From Octopus vulgaris (taxonomy: Eukaryota): a DNA stretch of 64,000 bases. Position numbers and translations under genes: made by a program. The stretch spans positions 1,364,001 through 1,428,000 of the forward strand of contig OX597823.1 of NCBI GenBank assembly GCA_951406725.2, written 5' to 3'. Of the stretch, positions 49,885-63,296 are shown one piece after another. The notes under the pieces are model-generated. The model ran no database searches. It was not told the origin of the DNA and saw only the letters and a list, made by a program, of their open reading frames with translations. Each line of letters starts with the position of its first letter. Position 1 is the first letter of the stretch.

Positions 49885-52800
49885 GAGTTCAATTAGAGGT
49901 TATAAAAACCGCCTCGGGGATATTTATATCCAATGAATTACTGGTGTATTAGCTATATGTGATTATGAGTATTAGTATTAATGCTCATAAATGGTAGGTA
50001 AGGAAAGGAATGAATCGAAGTTTATCTGTATTTAAGGAAAAGTAAGAAAATGGAGATAAAAGTGATAATATATAAACATCAAGTATTTTTTATTGGTCAC
50101 AAAAAACGACAATATAACAGCTGTTTCTGTTCGAGCTATTCTGGGCATAATCAGGCTAAATTATTACAATAATGATAATTATCAATGTTAATAATTATAC
50201 CAACTTAAATAGTGGAACTTCATCAGAGCGGGAAAATAAAGAAAAGAAAAAGAAAAGCAAAAGAAAATACGGTTACATCAAATGATGTTAGATGCTGTCC
50301 CTCTGGAAACCTTCCGAGCGACTGAAAAATGCATTTATACAAACTATCTTTATTATTTATGTGGTATATTAAATAAAATCTATGTATTGATGGGCGGGCT
50401 ACATCTACATCCATGCATATGTAGCTACAATACGACCTCTTATATATATATATATATTAATTATATATATATATATACGTGTATATACTTTTATTATATA
50501 ATATATATTTTTATGTAAATAATAATAAATTAATTAAAATAGTTTATATGGTTTTTCAGTTAACATAAAAGAGGGTTGGCAAAATAAAACAAGATAAAAC
50601 CTAGTAAATTGTTGTGTATATATGTGCATATGTGTGTACACTATTCCCAACCACACACACACACACGAGCACGCCTATTCACACACATATCAATACTTGT
50701 ACATCTATATGCATACATGGATGTATATTTACATATTCACAAACAGCCATGTAGATACAGATACATACACACACACATATACACTTACCTATATGTTAGA
50801 AAGAAAAATAAGAAAAATAAGAGTAGAAAGTGGGTATTTATGATGTTATGCATGAAGAGTGTTTATATGTGTGGGGGAAGTGCTAATAATAAAGTATTTA
50901 CTGGAGGGGAGACTGTTTCAAGTTAGGTAAATGCTGAATTGTAACAAGGGGGGCAAAAACTAATTAAGCTTATAGTTATCTCTGGTTAGGGATAAAAATC
51001 TATGAATACTATTGTGGGAGAGAAGGCATAATTATTAAATAGTTTCAATTATATTTAGGGGATACATGGCTACCTATGTGCAAGCAAGAATTGTTCCGTT
51101 CTTCTTTCAGGTTGATCAAGGAGAATCTAGCCATTAGGATGAAGAATTTTTCATTTATACAGAGATGATATTTTTTATTTCTTACGCAATAACAAGGTGA
51201 AGCAAGTGTATCCCATTCTAAATCAAAGATGATATTTTGATCTTTAAGTTCTCAAAGAAATTTACTCAATCCTATTAATTCTTGTTTCGAAAAGTGTGTA
51301 AATGTGTGGCTAAGCATTTCTTTATTTCATTTTGCGTGGAACCTATATAGATATGTTTATTATATTGTGTTATTATTGTACATTGGTAAATTACACTTTT
51401 ACTTTAACTTGTGTTTTTTCAACATACAGTTATTTTTATTTTTGCAATCACACATATTATAAATGTTTTTGTTATTCTTTTCATTATAAGGGGGAAAGTT
51501 ATTTGCTATTAGATTACTATTTCAAGAGAAGTGGTTATGAAGGGGTGTACAGATTAGTCACAGATTATTAGAGTTGTTAGTATTTGTATTTGGTTTATGG
51601 GAGTTAGGATAGTTGTTGTTAATATCTTTTCTCTTTAAGTAAAATATATCGAGTTTCTTAATATTTAAGGAGGTATGTCATGGGTTAAACTATAGCCTAT
51701 CTTTATTGCTTTATTGTTAATAATTTCGCAATATCTATTTATCATATTAAAATGCTTATGAATAATTTTGAAAATAGATTTAACTAAATTAGTTAAAATT
51801 TGTATAGCAGAAGGGATTATTAGTTAGATTTAATTTTTGGTTTTATCTGTGTTGTTACTATATATCCCAGGTATATTGCTGTATGCACGGTAAATGTATC
51901 TATGGTCTTTTATAGTTTTCATTTTATTATCCTTATTATAATTAATATTGTTATTATCATTATGGTTCGATTATCTTCCTTCTTACCGTAGTTACTGCTA
52001 TCGATATAGCAATTACTGTTATTATTACTATTTTTTGTATAATATTTTATTATAATATTCTTATTATTATTAGTGTTATTACTATTCATGTTAATGTTGG
52101 GGGGTCTGTAGGTTTCAGAATTTTTTTATTCAATTTAAATTCATTTGTATTTTTATTAGTACTATTCTTCTTATTGTATTGCATGTAGTATTTTATTTTA
52201 CTTTTTATATCCAATGTTTTCTAAGGTAATGTTGTACCGGTCTTGGTGCTTATTAAATATGTTCTCAGAAGAAAGATAAGTTATTCTTTTAATAATATTA
52301 TATCTAAGAGCCTCTTTGATTAATCTAGGCTGGTTACTTTGGGAATGTATATATTTAAGGTCATAGCTCGGTTTAACGAAAGATTCATGTATACCAGTTG
52401 CTAAGTTACAGTTAACTATTATATGAAGTTCTGTAACTCCCGGTATTTTTACTTTTTAATTTATGGCCTAACCAAAATACTCCAACAGTATTATATATTC
52501 AACTTACGCCGGTAGTAGCATTCCCCCACCCCCGTATATAGGCATGTACCAATAATTATTATAACTATTCTAATTGTATAACTAAATTTTGTAGTCAATC
52601 GAAAGGTTTTCATAGGGAAAGCATCTACTGCTGTCTTGCTTTCGTCCATTGACCATCCCTGCTTGAATTCGCTGTGCTTTCTCTTGAATTTCCAACGAGA
52701 AAAATAGTTTCCGTTTAGAAAGATTCCGAGGTTCCACCGTATATATACACATATTTTCGTATATTTATTTTTACCATATAAAAATTATTTTTATATAAAA

Positions 52801-53050
52801 GGTAGACTACCACAGACTTAATGGAAGATTTGTATTAATGTGTCAGAGATGTTGTTTGGTTACCAATGGAGAACTTGCTTAGTTTTGTAGCGACAGAATG
52901 GTCTTTGTTTTGGGGGTTCCTTACAATGGGATTTTATTGTTTTTTGGAACGGATATTCGATGGAGTTTTAAATATCATCTTTCATTGAAACGTATTAGAG
53001 TTTCACTTTCTTCTTCTCGTGGGAAGTATTTGTAACTCAGAAATATATTT
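49881..53050 (-). mobile_element. Degenerate Penelope-like element (RT, GIY-YIG, 3' region)
   Basis: Minus strand NLATGIHESFVKPSYDLKYIHSQSNQP (about 52400), HIYIGSTQ (about 51350), GLSKFL and LEWDTL..HLCINEKFFIL (about 51150). Ends at (TA)n. Confidence 0.82.
50116..50232 (-). ncRNA. Degenerate hammerhead ribozyme motif
   Basis: Minus strand CTGATGA, gttc..ctatt/aatag..gaac and GAAAC-AGCT-GTT. Stem I is not evident. Confidence 0.55.
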
Positions 53051-53084
53051 TAAACATAGATCTTAGAAACAGTCCAAAATCATC

Positions 53085-53440
53085 AACATCATCAGCAGCA
53101 GCAGCAGCAGTAGCAGCATTTAGCATCTGCCTTCCATGTTGGTATGGTCTGGAAGGTTTTACAAGAGCTGGCAAGCCGGAGAGCAGCACCAGACTTTACT
53201 GTTTTAGCATGGTCTCTGCAGTTGGATGCCCTTCCTAATGCCCAACGCTCTGCTGAGTGGACTGGGTGCTTTTTACGTGGCACCAACAACAGCAAGGTCT
53301 CTGCGTAACTTGCGAGATGAAGGCCTCTCAGATGGAAGAGGGAGTGGAGCAACGGGAGGTGGCTTTGGGTCGGTTGAGAGATTAACGCATGCCAGAAGGA
53401 TAGGGATAAATGTCTTACTGTAGAGGGGGATACTTAGCTA
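53085..53440 (-). mobile_element. Element 3' end with an RTE-type tail (SINE or LINE 3' UTR)
   Basis: Minus strand ttaggaagggcatccaactg...ccaacatggaaggcagatgctaaatg followed by a (CTG)/(ATG) tail. Confidence 0.55.
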
Positions 53441-53448
53441 CACCAGTA

Positions 53449-53486
<38 letters not shown>

Positions 53487-53779
53487 AAGAGAAAGTTAGA
53501 GAGAAAGATAAAGAGAGAGAGAGAGAGTGAGAGAGAAAGATAGTGACAGAGATAAATAGATGGCGTTGGAGATGCATCGAAACCTGCTTTTAGATAGCAG
53601 TGAGTGGGAGAATGGGTGGTAGAGAGGGGATTGAAGAGGGTGTTCCATAAGAGTGTAAAGGGAGACATTTAGAAATTGTGAAGAGGTGATTGTAGCAAGT
53701 GATGGTGGGAGAATTGGAGTGGCTGGGGGTGATGCATGGAAAGGATGCGGATAGGAGCAGAAGGGAGAAAAATGAACAT

Positions 53780-54560
53780 CGATTCTGTTTCCCTAAAACA
53801 TATAAAACCATTGTACATAACAAAGCTGTTCCTTTCGCTTCGAGTCTTTTGGCCATGATAGTTATTTCATCAGTTACAGACGTAAATATGCTTTATTCCA
53901 AATCAAAATGAATCCAAAAAATTCTGTTTGTAAAAGTTCAGCCATTTTTTTAGCAAGTAAATTCCATAAATTCTAATTATTTCTGACTTATTCCAGAATT
54001 TACCAAATGCGTCTACATTTGTATCGAAACGCCTGTGACTCCACGAAGTTGTACAGTCGCCTCGAGAAATATTGAATTCTTTAGAGTTCTTTTTGTTGAA
54101 TATTTCTGTAATCAGAATATTTTTCAAATCACATCGATGATGAAACTTTTATTTTAAACGAGAACCATTCTTTAGTAAAAAAACAAAACAATCTTTACCT
54201 GTAAAAGCCTTCTTAATAAAATCACATTTAAAATTAATAAATGCATATTCATGTAATGTTTATCAATAGCGACTAATTACGGTTCTGTTTACTCATTACT
54301 TTCTGACTGTTTTTCATTAATATCATTTCCTGTTGGTCGATTTTCTCAGAATGAGGATCATCTCTTTCAATTGAACTAATTTCTCGTCAAATGTTTTCGG
54401 TGAACAATCATTAAATGGTGTCAAAATCGTTTCCAAGCACTTCAAGACATCTTTAGAATTTATAATAAATTTCTAAATAATTCAGTCAGGAATCGCTGGA
54501 AAATACTTCAAAATTTCATTGCATTTTTTAAGCAAATTTCACCGGCATTTCACCCGGTAG
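53780..54560 (-). pseudogene. Possible highly decayed hAT-type transposase remnant
   Basis: Only scattered motifs (KYFP, EKLVQLK) in a plausible order. Confidence 0.25.
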
Positions 54561-54628
54561 CCACAGAAAACTCAGTCGACCCCCCACCCCGTACACACAT
54601 ATATATATGTGTGTGTAGTGTGTTTATG

Positions 54629-54659
<31 letters not shown>

Positions 54660-54839
54660 GTAGACACACGACGTCACGAAACGTGTACAACAAAGAAATA
54701 CGAAGCACGAGTACATGGAACATGAACTAATATTTCGAACATCCAAAGACACAAATGGAAGACAACAAAATCAACATAAAGAACGACCCTTCACCAGTTA
54801 TTGTCTGTTTTTCTACTCTCGTATTTCAGGAATTATATG

Positions 54840-54871
<32 letters not shown>

Positions 54872-54934
54872 ACTAAGAAAGGTTTTGGCCAGTATTGGCC
54901 CAGGCCATGTCTAACTTAATAGCGCGTGTATGTA

Positions 54935-55070
54935 AGGTAAAGGTCAAATCTCCTCGAGTCAAGCCGATTCATACGGGCAAGGTCGGTGTTCTAGGTTTCT
55001 ATGGCGTATATCCCCACCCCTGGACGGGACGCCGGTCCGTCGCAGGATTGCTCAATTTTACGAGCTGAAA
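54935..55070 (-). mobile_element. SINE 3' domain
   Basis: Minus strand cctgcgacggaccggcgtcccgtccagggg, a block typical of metazoan SINE bodies, with an accttt-type tail. Confidence 0.55.
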
Positions 55071-55336
55071 AATATATTTTAATGGATCTTCCTCAACTCC
55101 GACATATTTTACATCAACCCACGGCGCCGGAAATGATGAAAACCCATGTTGATTTGTACTCAGAACTTAGGCTTTTGCACGGAATTCTTTGCGACACTCT
55201 AATAGCTTTGCCATGTTTACACCAAATGTGCATATGTATGTGCTTATGTGTATGTAGACATACGTATAAACATACATATATACATACATACGTATGTATG
55301 TGTGTATATACTTTATATTATATATATGAATATATG

Positions 55337-55396
<60 letters not shown>

Positions 55397-55459
55397 TACA
55401 TATATGCGTATGTATGGGTGTGTGTATGTGTGCATGTATATATCTATAGAAGCAGGTGC

Positions 55460-55505
<46 letters not shown>

Positions 55506-55819
55506 GTATATAGAAGAATATAAATATATACATAGAAACATACGTATATATTTATATATGTATGCATACAGTTATGTGTGTAGGCTCAGCCTATTCTTAC
55601 CAATAAATCAATCCAACAGGATTTCTCCTTCCTTTAATAACTCACATTCTCTTCCCCACCCCCGCGCCTTCTTTTCGTCGTCCTCCTCTCCTTTCAATCG
55701 CTGATGAAATTTCGTTTGGAGACGAGCAAACGATTCTGAAACTGTCAATTATATATACGTGTTGTGTGTGTGTGTTTGTATGTATTTATAATATATATCT
55801 ACACAAGCAGATGCATATG

Positions 55820-55853
<34 letters not shown>

Positions 55854-56030
55854 GAGAAACACAAACATATATCTAAAGACAGACTCTCACGTCAGTCCTG
55901 TATATATGTGTATATACATACATAGACACACACACACACACATATATATATGTATATATATATATTCATAATGCATACATATCTATACGTATGCATGCAT
56001 ACTTACTAAAGATATATATAGTTATATATA

Positions 56031-56077
<47 letters not shown>

Positions 56078-56204
56078 CGTGTGTATTTGTTTGTATGTAC
56101 ATATATCCATATGTGAGTGTGTATGTATGTGTATGTATCTATATATATCTTAATGTATAAGTGTACGTGTACTTGTATATATGTGTGTACATTTGTGTAT
56201 ATAT

Positions 56205-56239
<35 letters not shown>

Positions 56240-56477
56240 CACGCGCGCGCGCAAACAGGCATTGACATACAGCATAGAAACTTGATGTATGCACGCACCA
56301 CACCTTCCTTCACGCTGCCTGTTGTGGTCACCCGTACATCAAGACCAACGTTGATTTATCAAACAGAGTTCACCTCTTTACTCCATCCATCAAACACAAG
56401 AATCTCGTCTTTTTGCTACTCACGGAATCTCATTACCACTACTGCTGCTGCTGCTGCTGCTGCTGCACTGCTACTAC

Positions 56478-56527
<50 letters not shown>

Positions 56528-56630
56528 ACAGCAGCAGCAGCAGTTCTGCCTTTGATAATAAATTGTAATAATGATGATGACGACGATGATGATGATGATG
56601 ATGATGATGATGATAATGATGATGATGATG

Positions 56631-56705
<75 letters not shown>

Positions 56706-56707
<2 letters not shown>

Positions 56708-57595
56708 CAAGCTGATATCGACCAGAAACACACGCACCAATGGTTACGAAGCTCAGGGCTAAAAGCAGAGAGTGAAGGTTTCATATTAGCTGCTCAAGAC
56801 CAAAGCTTATTAACCCCGAAACTACCAAGCCTATGTGATAAAAAAATGGAGCTGACCCAAAATGCACATTCTGTAACGATGAGATTGAAACAATAGACCA
56901 CCTAATTTCAGGGTGTAGAGTCTTAGCACCTGCAGAATATAAAGCAAGACATGACAGAGTCGGCCAGTATTTACATTAGACAATATGTCGGCATTATAAA
57001 ATCAAAACCGCTGACAAATGGTATAAATACCATCCTGAAGCTGTGACTGAGGGAGAAAAAGTGTCGATTCTATGGGACTTACCCGTACAGACCGACAAAA
57101 CTATAAAAGCTAATAAACCGGATATTATTATAAAAGATCAGACAAAAAGAATGTGTTTATTAATTGACATGAGTATCCCTTGCGATCTCAATATAGCGGC
57201 GAAAGAATTTGACAAGATTAGTAAATATAAAGACCTGCTAATAGAAATAGAAAAAATGTGGCATCTCAAGGCGACTACAGTACCAGTAATTGTAGGATCT
57301 CTAGGAATGATAAAAAAAGGTACTGAAACCTATTTGAAAATGATTCCAGACTTACTATCACTACAGGAAGTGCAAAAAATCGTTTTAACTGGAACGGCTC
57401 ATGTACTGAGAAGAATATTATCGCTGTGAAAATAACATCCATTCATGAAATATTTATTAACTTTTAAATACATATTTTGTCTGTGAATTTGCGCGTGTAA
57501 TCTGGGGATGCATGCAATGAGCTTCTCTGCCCTAAGTGTATGGAAAACACTCGTCGAGAAACGGAAGAAAATTTGATGAAAGAAGGAAAAATATC

Positions 57596-57596
<1 letters not shown>
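56706..57596 (+). mobile_element. R4/Dong-like element A (CCHC knuckle, RLE, 3' UTR), 5'-truncated
   Basis: GLKAESEGFILAAQDQ, C..C...ETIDHL.SGC, RHD, ILWD..NKPD..LIDMSIP..KYKDL..LTGTAHVLR. (AAT)n on both sides. Confidence 0.92.
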
Positions 57597-57683
<87 letters not shown>

Positions 57684-57684
57684 T

Positions 57685-57715
<31 letters not shown>

Positions 57716-57817
57716 GCCTGGTGTACCCTTATCAGACGGGTAGTCATGATGGGTATATTGGGCTTCGTATATTTTACCCCAGTGTCACTTTGATGGCATG
57801 AACTGCTCTCTCACTCA
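57716..57817 (+). mobile_element. 3' 100 nt of the (AAT)n-associated non-coding element
   Basis: Reverse complement of 62669-62770, embedded in (AAT)n. Confidence 0.88.
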
Positions 57818-57879
<62 letters not shown>

Positions 57880-57885
<6 letters not shown>

Positions 57886-60548
57886 TAAAAAAACAAACAG
57901 TTCAACTCCGACCCCAAAAAGTTCTACCAAGAACTTGGCAAGAATAAAATAGACATCACTGCAGCACCAACGGCAGAAGAAGTGGAAGAATTCTGTAAAG
58001 AAATATGGTCGGCGAATGACAACCAAACAACAGGAGTATTAAAACAACAAACATAGCATCTGAGCAACTTTGGACCCCCATAACAACTGAAGAGCTCACC
58101 CAGGCACTGCGAAGACTAAGCAACTGGAAGGCACCTGGGCATGACAAGATCTCCAACTTCTGGTTGAAATATCTAACAGGAATGCACAAAAAGCTGGTTG
58201 AAAGCTTTAACAACATACTGGCAGAGCCAGAGACAATGCCTCAATGGCTCACGAAGAGGAAAACTATCTTAATTCCCAAATCAAATGAAACAGCAAAACC
58301 AGAAAACTACAGACCAATAACCTGTCTCCCTACAATATACAAGGAATTTACTGCAGTGATATCACAAAGATTAAACAAGCACCTGGACGAAAACAACCTG
58401 TTTCCAGAAGAGCAGAAAGGATGCCGCAAAGGCTCATATGGCTGTAAAGATCAACTAATGATCAATAAAGCCATTACTGAAGACAGCCACAGAAAGAAGA
58501 AAGGCCTCAGTATGGCCTGGATCGACTACAGAAAGGCGTTTGATAGCATCCCCCACACATGGATCCTCGAAACACTAGCCATTAACAAAGTAGCACCAAC
58601 AATCATAAAATTCATTGGGCACTCTATGAATAAATGGCAAACAGTGCTACAGCTCCAAACAAAAGAGGGACTCATGAAAACTAAAGCCATCCCCATTAGA
58701 AGAGGAATATTCCAGGGAGACACGCTCTCTCCACTCCTTTTCTGCTTGGCACTGTCACCTCTATCTGATATGCTAAATAGAACTGGATGCAGATATAAAT
58801 GTTACGGCAAAACGATCAACCACCTTTTATATATGGATGACTTAAAACTATACGCTGCAAATGACAAACAGCTGGAAACACTATTAAAGACAGTTCATGG
58901 ATTTACCAAAGAAATAGATATGGAATTTGGATTAGAGAAATGCGTCAAAGTAATCCTGAAAAGAGGAAACTAATTAAGAGTAGCAACATCATGCTAGATA
59001 AAACCAATGAAATAAAAGACTTAAACCAAAGCCAAACTTACAAATACTTAGGAATCCATGAACTAGATAAGACACAACACGCACAAATGAAAGAGAAAAT
59101 AAAGAAAGAATATTATAGACGAGTTAGATCAATACGAAAAACAAAGCCCAATGCTAAAAGCAAGATAATAGTTATTAACACTTTAGCTGTCCCAGTAATA
59201 AGTTATAGCTACAATATCCTTAACTGGACACTAAATGAACTGACCAAAATAGATAGGAAAACAAGAAAAATACTGACAAGATCTAGGATGCATCACCCAA
59301 AATCTGACATAGAAAGACTATATATACAACGTATAGAAGGTGGTAGAGGCCTTATACAGCTGGAAAACTACTATAAAATAACCACCATAGGACTTCAAAA
59401 ATATCTACTTCAGAAGGAAGGAAAACTGATACAAATAGCGGCAAAACACGAGCAAAACAAAAAACTGTTCTCAGTATTTAAGGAAGCTGACAAATACAAA
59501 CAAGAAATCATACCACCTAATAAATATGAAGAAGAAGAAGAAGAAGAAGAAGAAGAAGAAGAAGAAGAAGAAGAAGAAGAAGAAGAAGAAGAAGAAGAAG
59601 AAGAAGAAGAAGAAGAAGAAGAAGAAGAAGAAGAAGAAACAACAAAAGCTATAAAACAAATGAAATCCAAACTAAACCTAGAACAGCAAAGAACCATGAT
59701 AAAACGATGGCAAGAAAAGCCCCTTCATGACGAATACTGGACTAAACTAAATGCAAAAGAAATAGACAAAAAAAATCCCAGCAGTGGTTGAGAAGCTCAG
59801 GACTCAAAGCAGAGACAGAGGGATTTTTAATTGCAGCACAATACCAAAGCCTCCACCAGAAATTACCAAAAACATGTAATGAAAAGAAATATAACAAGTA
59901 ACTGCAGAATATGTGGAGATGGACAAGAAACAATAAATCATATTATCTCTGGCTGCCCAGTCCAGGCTAAGAAGGAATATATTCACAGACACGACAGAGT
60001 TGGGTGCTACATACACTGGAAGCTATGCCAACATTATGTAATAACAACAGAAAAAAGATGGTATAGGCACACACCAGAAAAGGTCACAGAAAACGAGAAA
60101 GCAACCATACTGTGGGATATGGCGATACACAACAGACCAGATATAGTTGTCAGAGATCATGAAGAAAAAGAAATGCATTCTAATTGATGTATCAATACCG
60201 GCAGATGACAACGTGTCTCTAAAAGAAATGGAGAAACTCTCAAAATACAAAGACCTGGAAATAGAGGTAACTAGAATGTGGAATCTGAAAACAGAAACAA
60301 TTCCTATCATAGTAGGTGCATTAGGCATGATAAAAAAATATTCAGACAAATACATAACAAAAACACCAGGACTTACAAACACATATAACATACAGAAAAT
60401 TGCACTACTAGGCACTGCACACATCCTACGCAGAACACTTTCCATACAATAACCATCAGAGCATCAAACAAGTCACAGCACATACCTAAGGCACACAGAG
60501 CTGCGCTCGGTAGTGAAGTGAAAGCACGCTATAAAGAATATACTACTG
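57880..60548 (+). mobile_element. R4/Dong-like element B (RT, CCHC, RLE), 5'-truncated and frameshifted
   Basis: NWKAPG, NYRPITCL, EQKGC, AWIDYRKAFD, GIFQGD, LYMDD, YKYLG, GGRGL, C..C..H...C, RHD, NRPD and GTAHILR. (AAT)n tail. Confidence 0.95.
59528..59638 (+). repeat. (GAA)n of about 37 units, in frame within the Dong ORF
   Basis: Poly-Glu run in ORF 58940-59791. Confidence 0.97.
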
Positions 60549-60569
60549 AATAATAATAATAATAATAAA

Positions 60570-62100
60570 CCTTAAGTTTGACAACAGTATCAAACCAACA
60601 AAAATCCGAAAATTAAAGAAAAAGTATAATGTGAAAACCATACTTGACATCGAAACCACCATAGAACTCATCAAGCAAAAAGTATGTGCTAAAGCTGTCC
60701 GCATAGCAAGCTATGAAAAACGCGTTAAGTTCTTGAAGGACAACAAAATGCTCAAAAATAAACCCAAAACATTTTACAGGAAAGATACCAGTTACAGTAA
60801 AGTGTGTCTCATCAAAAGAAGTGCAGGAAATCTGGGCAGAAGAAAAAGCGAACAATAAAAAGGCCCATTGGATTGATCGAATATCTACTGACTTAGACCC
60901 CTTAGAAGAGCAAAAATGGGAGGGTATCAAGGTAGAGGATGTAAGATCTGCTTTCTGGATTTCAAGCAAATGGAAGTCTCCAGGAAAGGATAAAATTACT
61001 AACTTTTGAAATTACTAACTTCTGGCTGAATTCCTTCCCAGAGAATGCTCCACCCTAAGGCAGATATAGAACGACTTTATTTGCCAAGAAAAGAGTATCG
61101 CCTTGACATTTTACAATTGGAATTAACAATGAAGGTTGGCACAAATGGCTTAAACACCTACCTGAAAAACTCTGAGGAATAGATGTTAAAACTTGTCTCA
61201 AAACATGAAAACTAGAAAGCATTATACTCAGTAGCAAAACAGGCAAAGGAATATCTAAGTGAATTCCAAATACAGCAAATCTCAGAATTAGACATACAAG
61301 AAACAAGCACAGAAAAAGCTAAGCTTATGAAAACCCGTGCTAAAACTACTGCCTTGGATATTCTGAATGATAAATGACAAGGAAAATCTTTCAATGACAA
61401 ATAACCAAAGAGAGCTAATGATACCGATGTTGACAAATACCTTACGCATCAGTGGTTAGTGTCTTCTGGCTTAAAATTAGAGAAAGAAGGATTTATCATA
61501 GAAGCTCAAGATCAATGCCTACCAACAAGGAACTATCTGGCCAACAAATTAAAGAATGACAATAGCCCAACATGTCGTGTATGTCAACAACAAAATGAAA
61601 CCATTGATCATGTGGTCTCCATGTGCAGTCTTCCAGCGCCTACTGAGTATCTCAACAGGCATGATGGAGCTGCCCAATATATTCACTGTGTAATTTGCAA
61701 AAACCTGGATCAGTCCCATGATAAAAACTAGTGGGAACACAAACCACCTCCAGTGCTTGAAAATGACCACATCTCACTCCTCTGGAACTTCACCATTCAA
61801 ACTGACAGAAAGATAGATGCAAATAGGCCAGACATTATATTGAAAGAGCTGAGACAAAAATCATACCTCCTCATTGATATGACTGTCCCAATTGATATAA
61901 ACGTATCTGTCGAGACCTACCAAAAACTGAGCAAATATAAAGATCTTGAAATAGAAATCAGCAAAATATGGAACCTGAAGACTAAAATAATACCTGTTGT
62001 CATAGGTTCCCTAGGAACTATAGCAAAAGGAGGTGATTGCTCAGATACAAGGGAAACTAAAATTAGCAGAAATTCAGAATATAAATATAAAACTACTGAA
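60570..62100 (+). mobile_element. R4/Dong-like element C, lacking the RT core and degenerate
   Basis: KQKV.AKA.RI..YEKR and WKSPGKDKITNF, then EGFIIEAQDQ, CRVC..H...C, RHD, NRPD and KYKDL. (AAT)n tail. Confidence 0.88.
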
Positions 62101-62138
62101 TAATAATAATAATAATGATAATAATAATAATAATAATG

Positions 62139-62243
<105 letters not shown>

Positions 62244-62264
62244 TTAATAATAATAATAATAATT

Positions 62265-62530
62265 TGAAATAAAATTGTCGAGCTCCTACATTGGAATAGA
62301 ATGCTCGGTAGAGTTCCTACAGAAAGTTTGTATCTCAAACTGTTAGCACCCGCCCCCATTCCCGGTGGCACTGCCAGGATAAATACATCTGGAAATAGTT
62401 CCCGAGCGGAAAGTCGTCCGAACAGATAGCTTGTTGGTGCTCGTGGGCGCCCAGAGTCTACCGGCGGATGTCATCGCACTTCCCCGCTACTAATCCTCTA
62501 TAAATTTCTAAAGCAGAGCAGAAGAGAAAG
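62265..62530 (+). other. GC-richer structured non-coding island between AAT/ATT arrays
   Basis: Several short stems and no meaningful ORF. See findings. Confidence 0.5.
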
Positions 62531-62596
62531 AATATTATTATAATTATAATTATAATAATAATAATAATTATTATTATTATTATTATTATTATTATA

Positions 62597-62668
<72 letters not shown>

Positions 62669-63222
62669 GAGTGAGAGAGCAGTTCATGCCATCAAAGTGA
62701 CACTGGGGTAAAATATACGAAGCCCAATATACCCATCATGACTACCCGTCTGATAAGGGTACACCAGTCACATGCATCACAACCATATGTGCGCGACATG
62801 GTGATCTCATATCAAGATAAACAGCACATGACCTTGCAGGTGGGGCCCAGTTAGAATTTTCTTCAGGTTGAGTAGCCCATCCCGCTCAAAAGGTCCCTGA
62901 ATAAGGATTGTTTAAGGATGTTGAAAGAACCACCCATGTTTCCAGAGGTGAATTATTCAAACCCCAAAGAATCCCTCTCAACACATGGCTATGATGCTCC
63001 CCCACTACTTCTGCTCGTGATCAGAGATGCACATATCGTCAGCCACTAAGGGACATGTTCAACTGGTTAAGGTCAAACAACTGACAAGCAAATCTGTGGT
63101 ATTGAGCAAAATATTTGGTGTAGCCCATCTTTTATACCAAGACAAAACAATGTACATGATAACACTTCCAATCAATTAAGATCAGAAGCCATGAGAACCA
63201 CTGCCTGGTACTGCATCAGGGC

Positions 63223-63225
<3 letters not shown>
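62669..63225 (-). mobile_element. 557-nt non-coding element inserted in (AAT)n, longest copy
   Basis: Three copies in the window, all flanked by AAT repeats in the same relative orientation. Confidence 0.88.
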
Positions 63226-63295
<70 letters not shown>

Positions 63296-63296
63296 T

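Noticed and set aside
54730-54800. Minus-strand CTGGTGAAGGG…GAAA as a hammerhead
   Set aside because: The core is mutated and stems II and III pair poorly.
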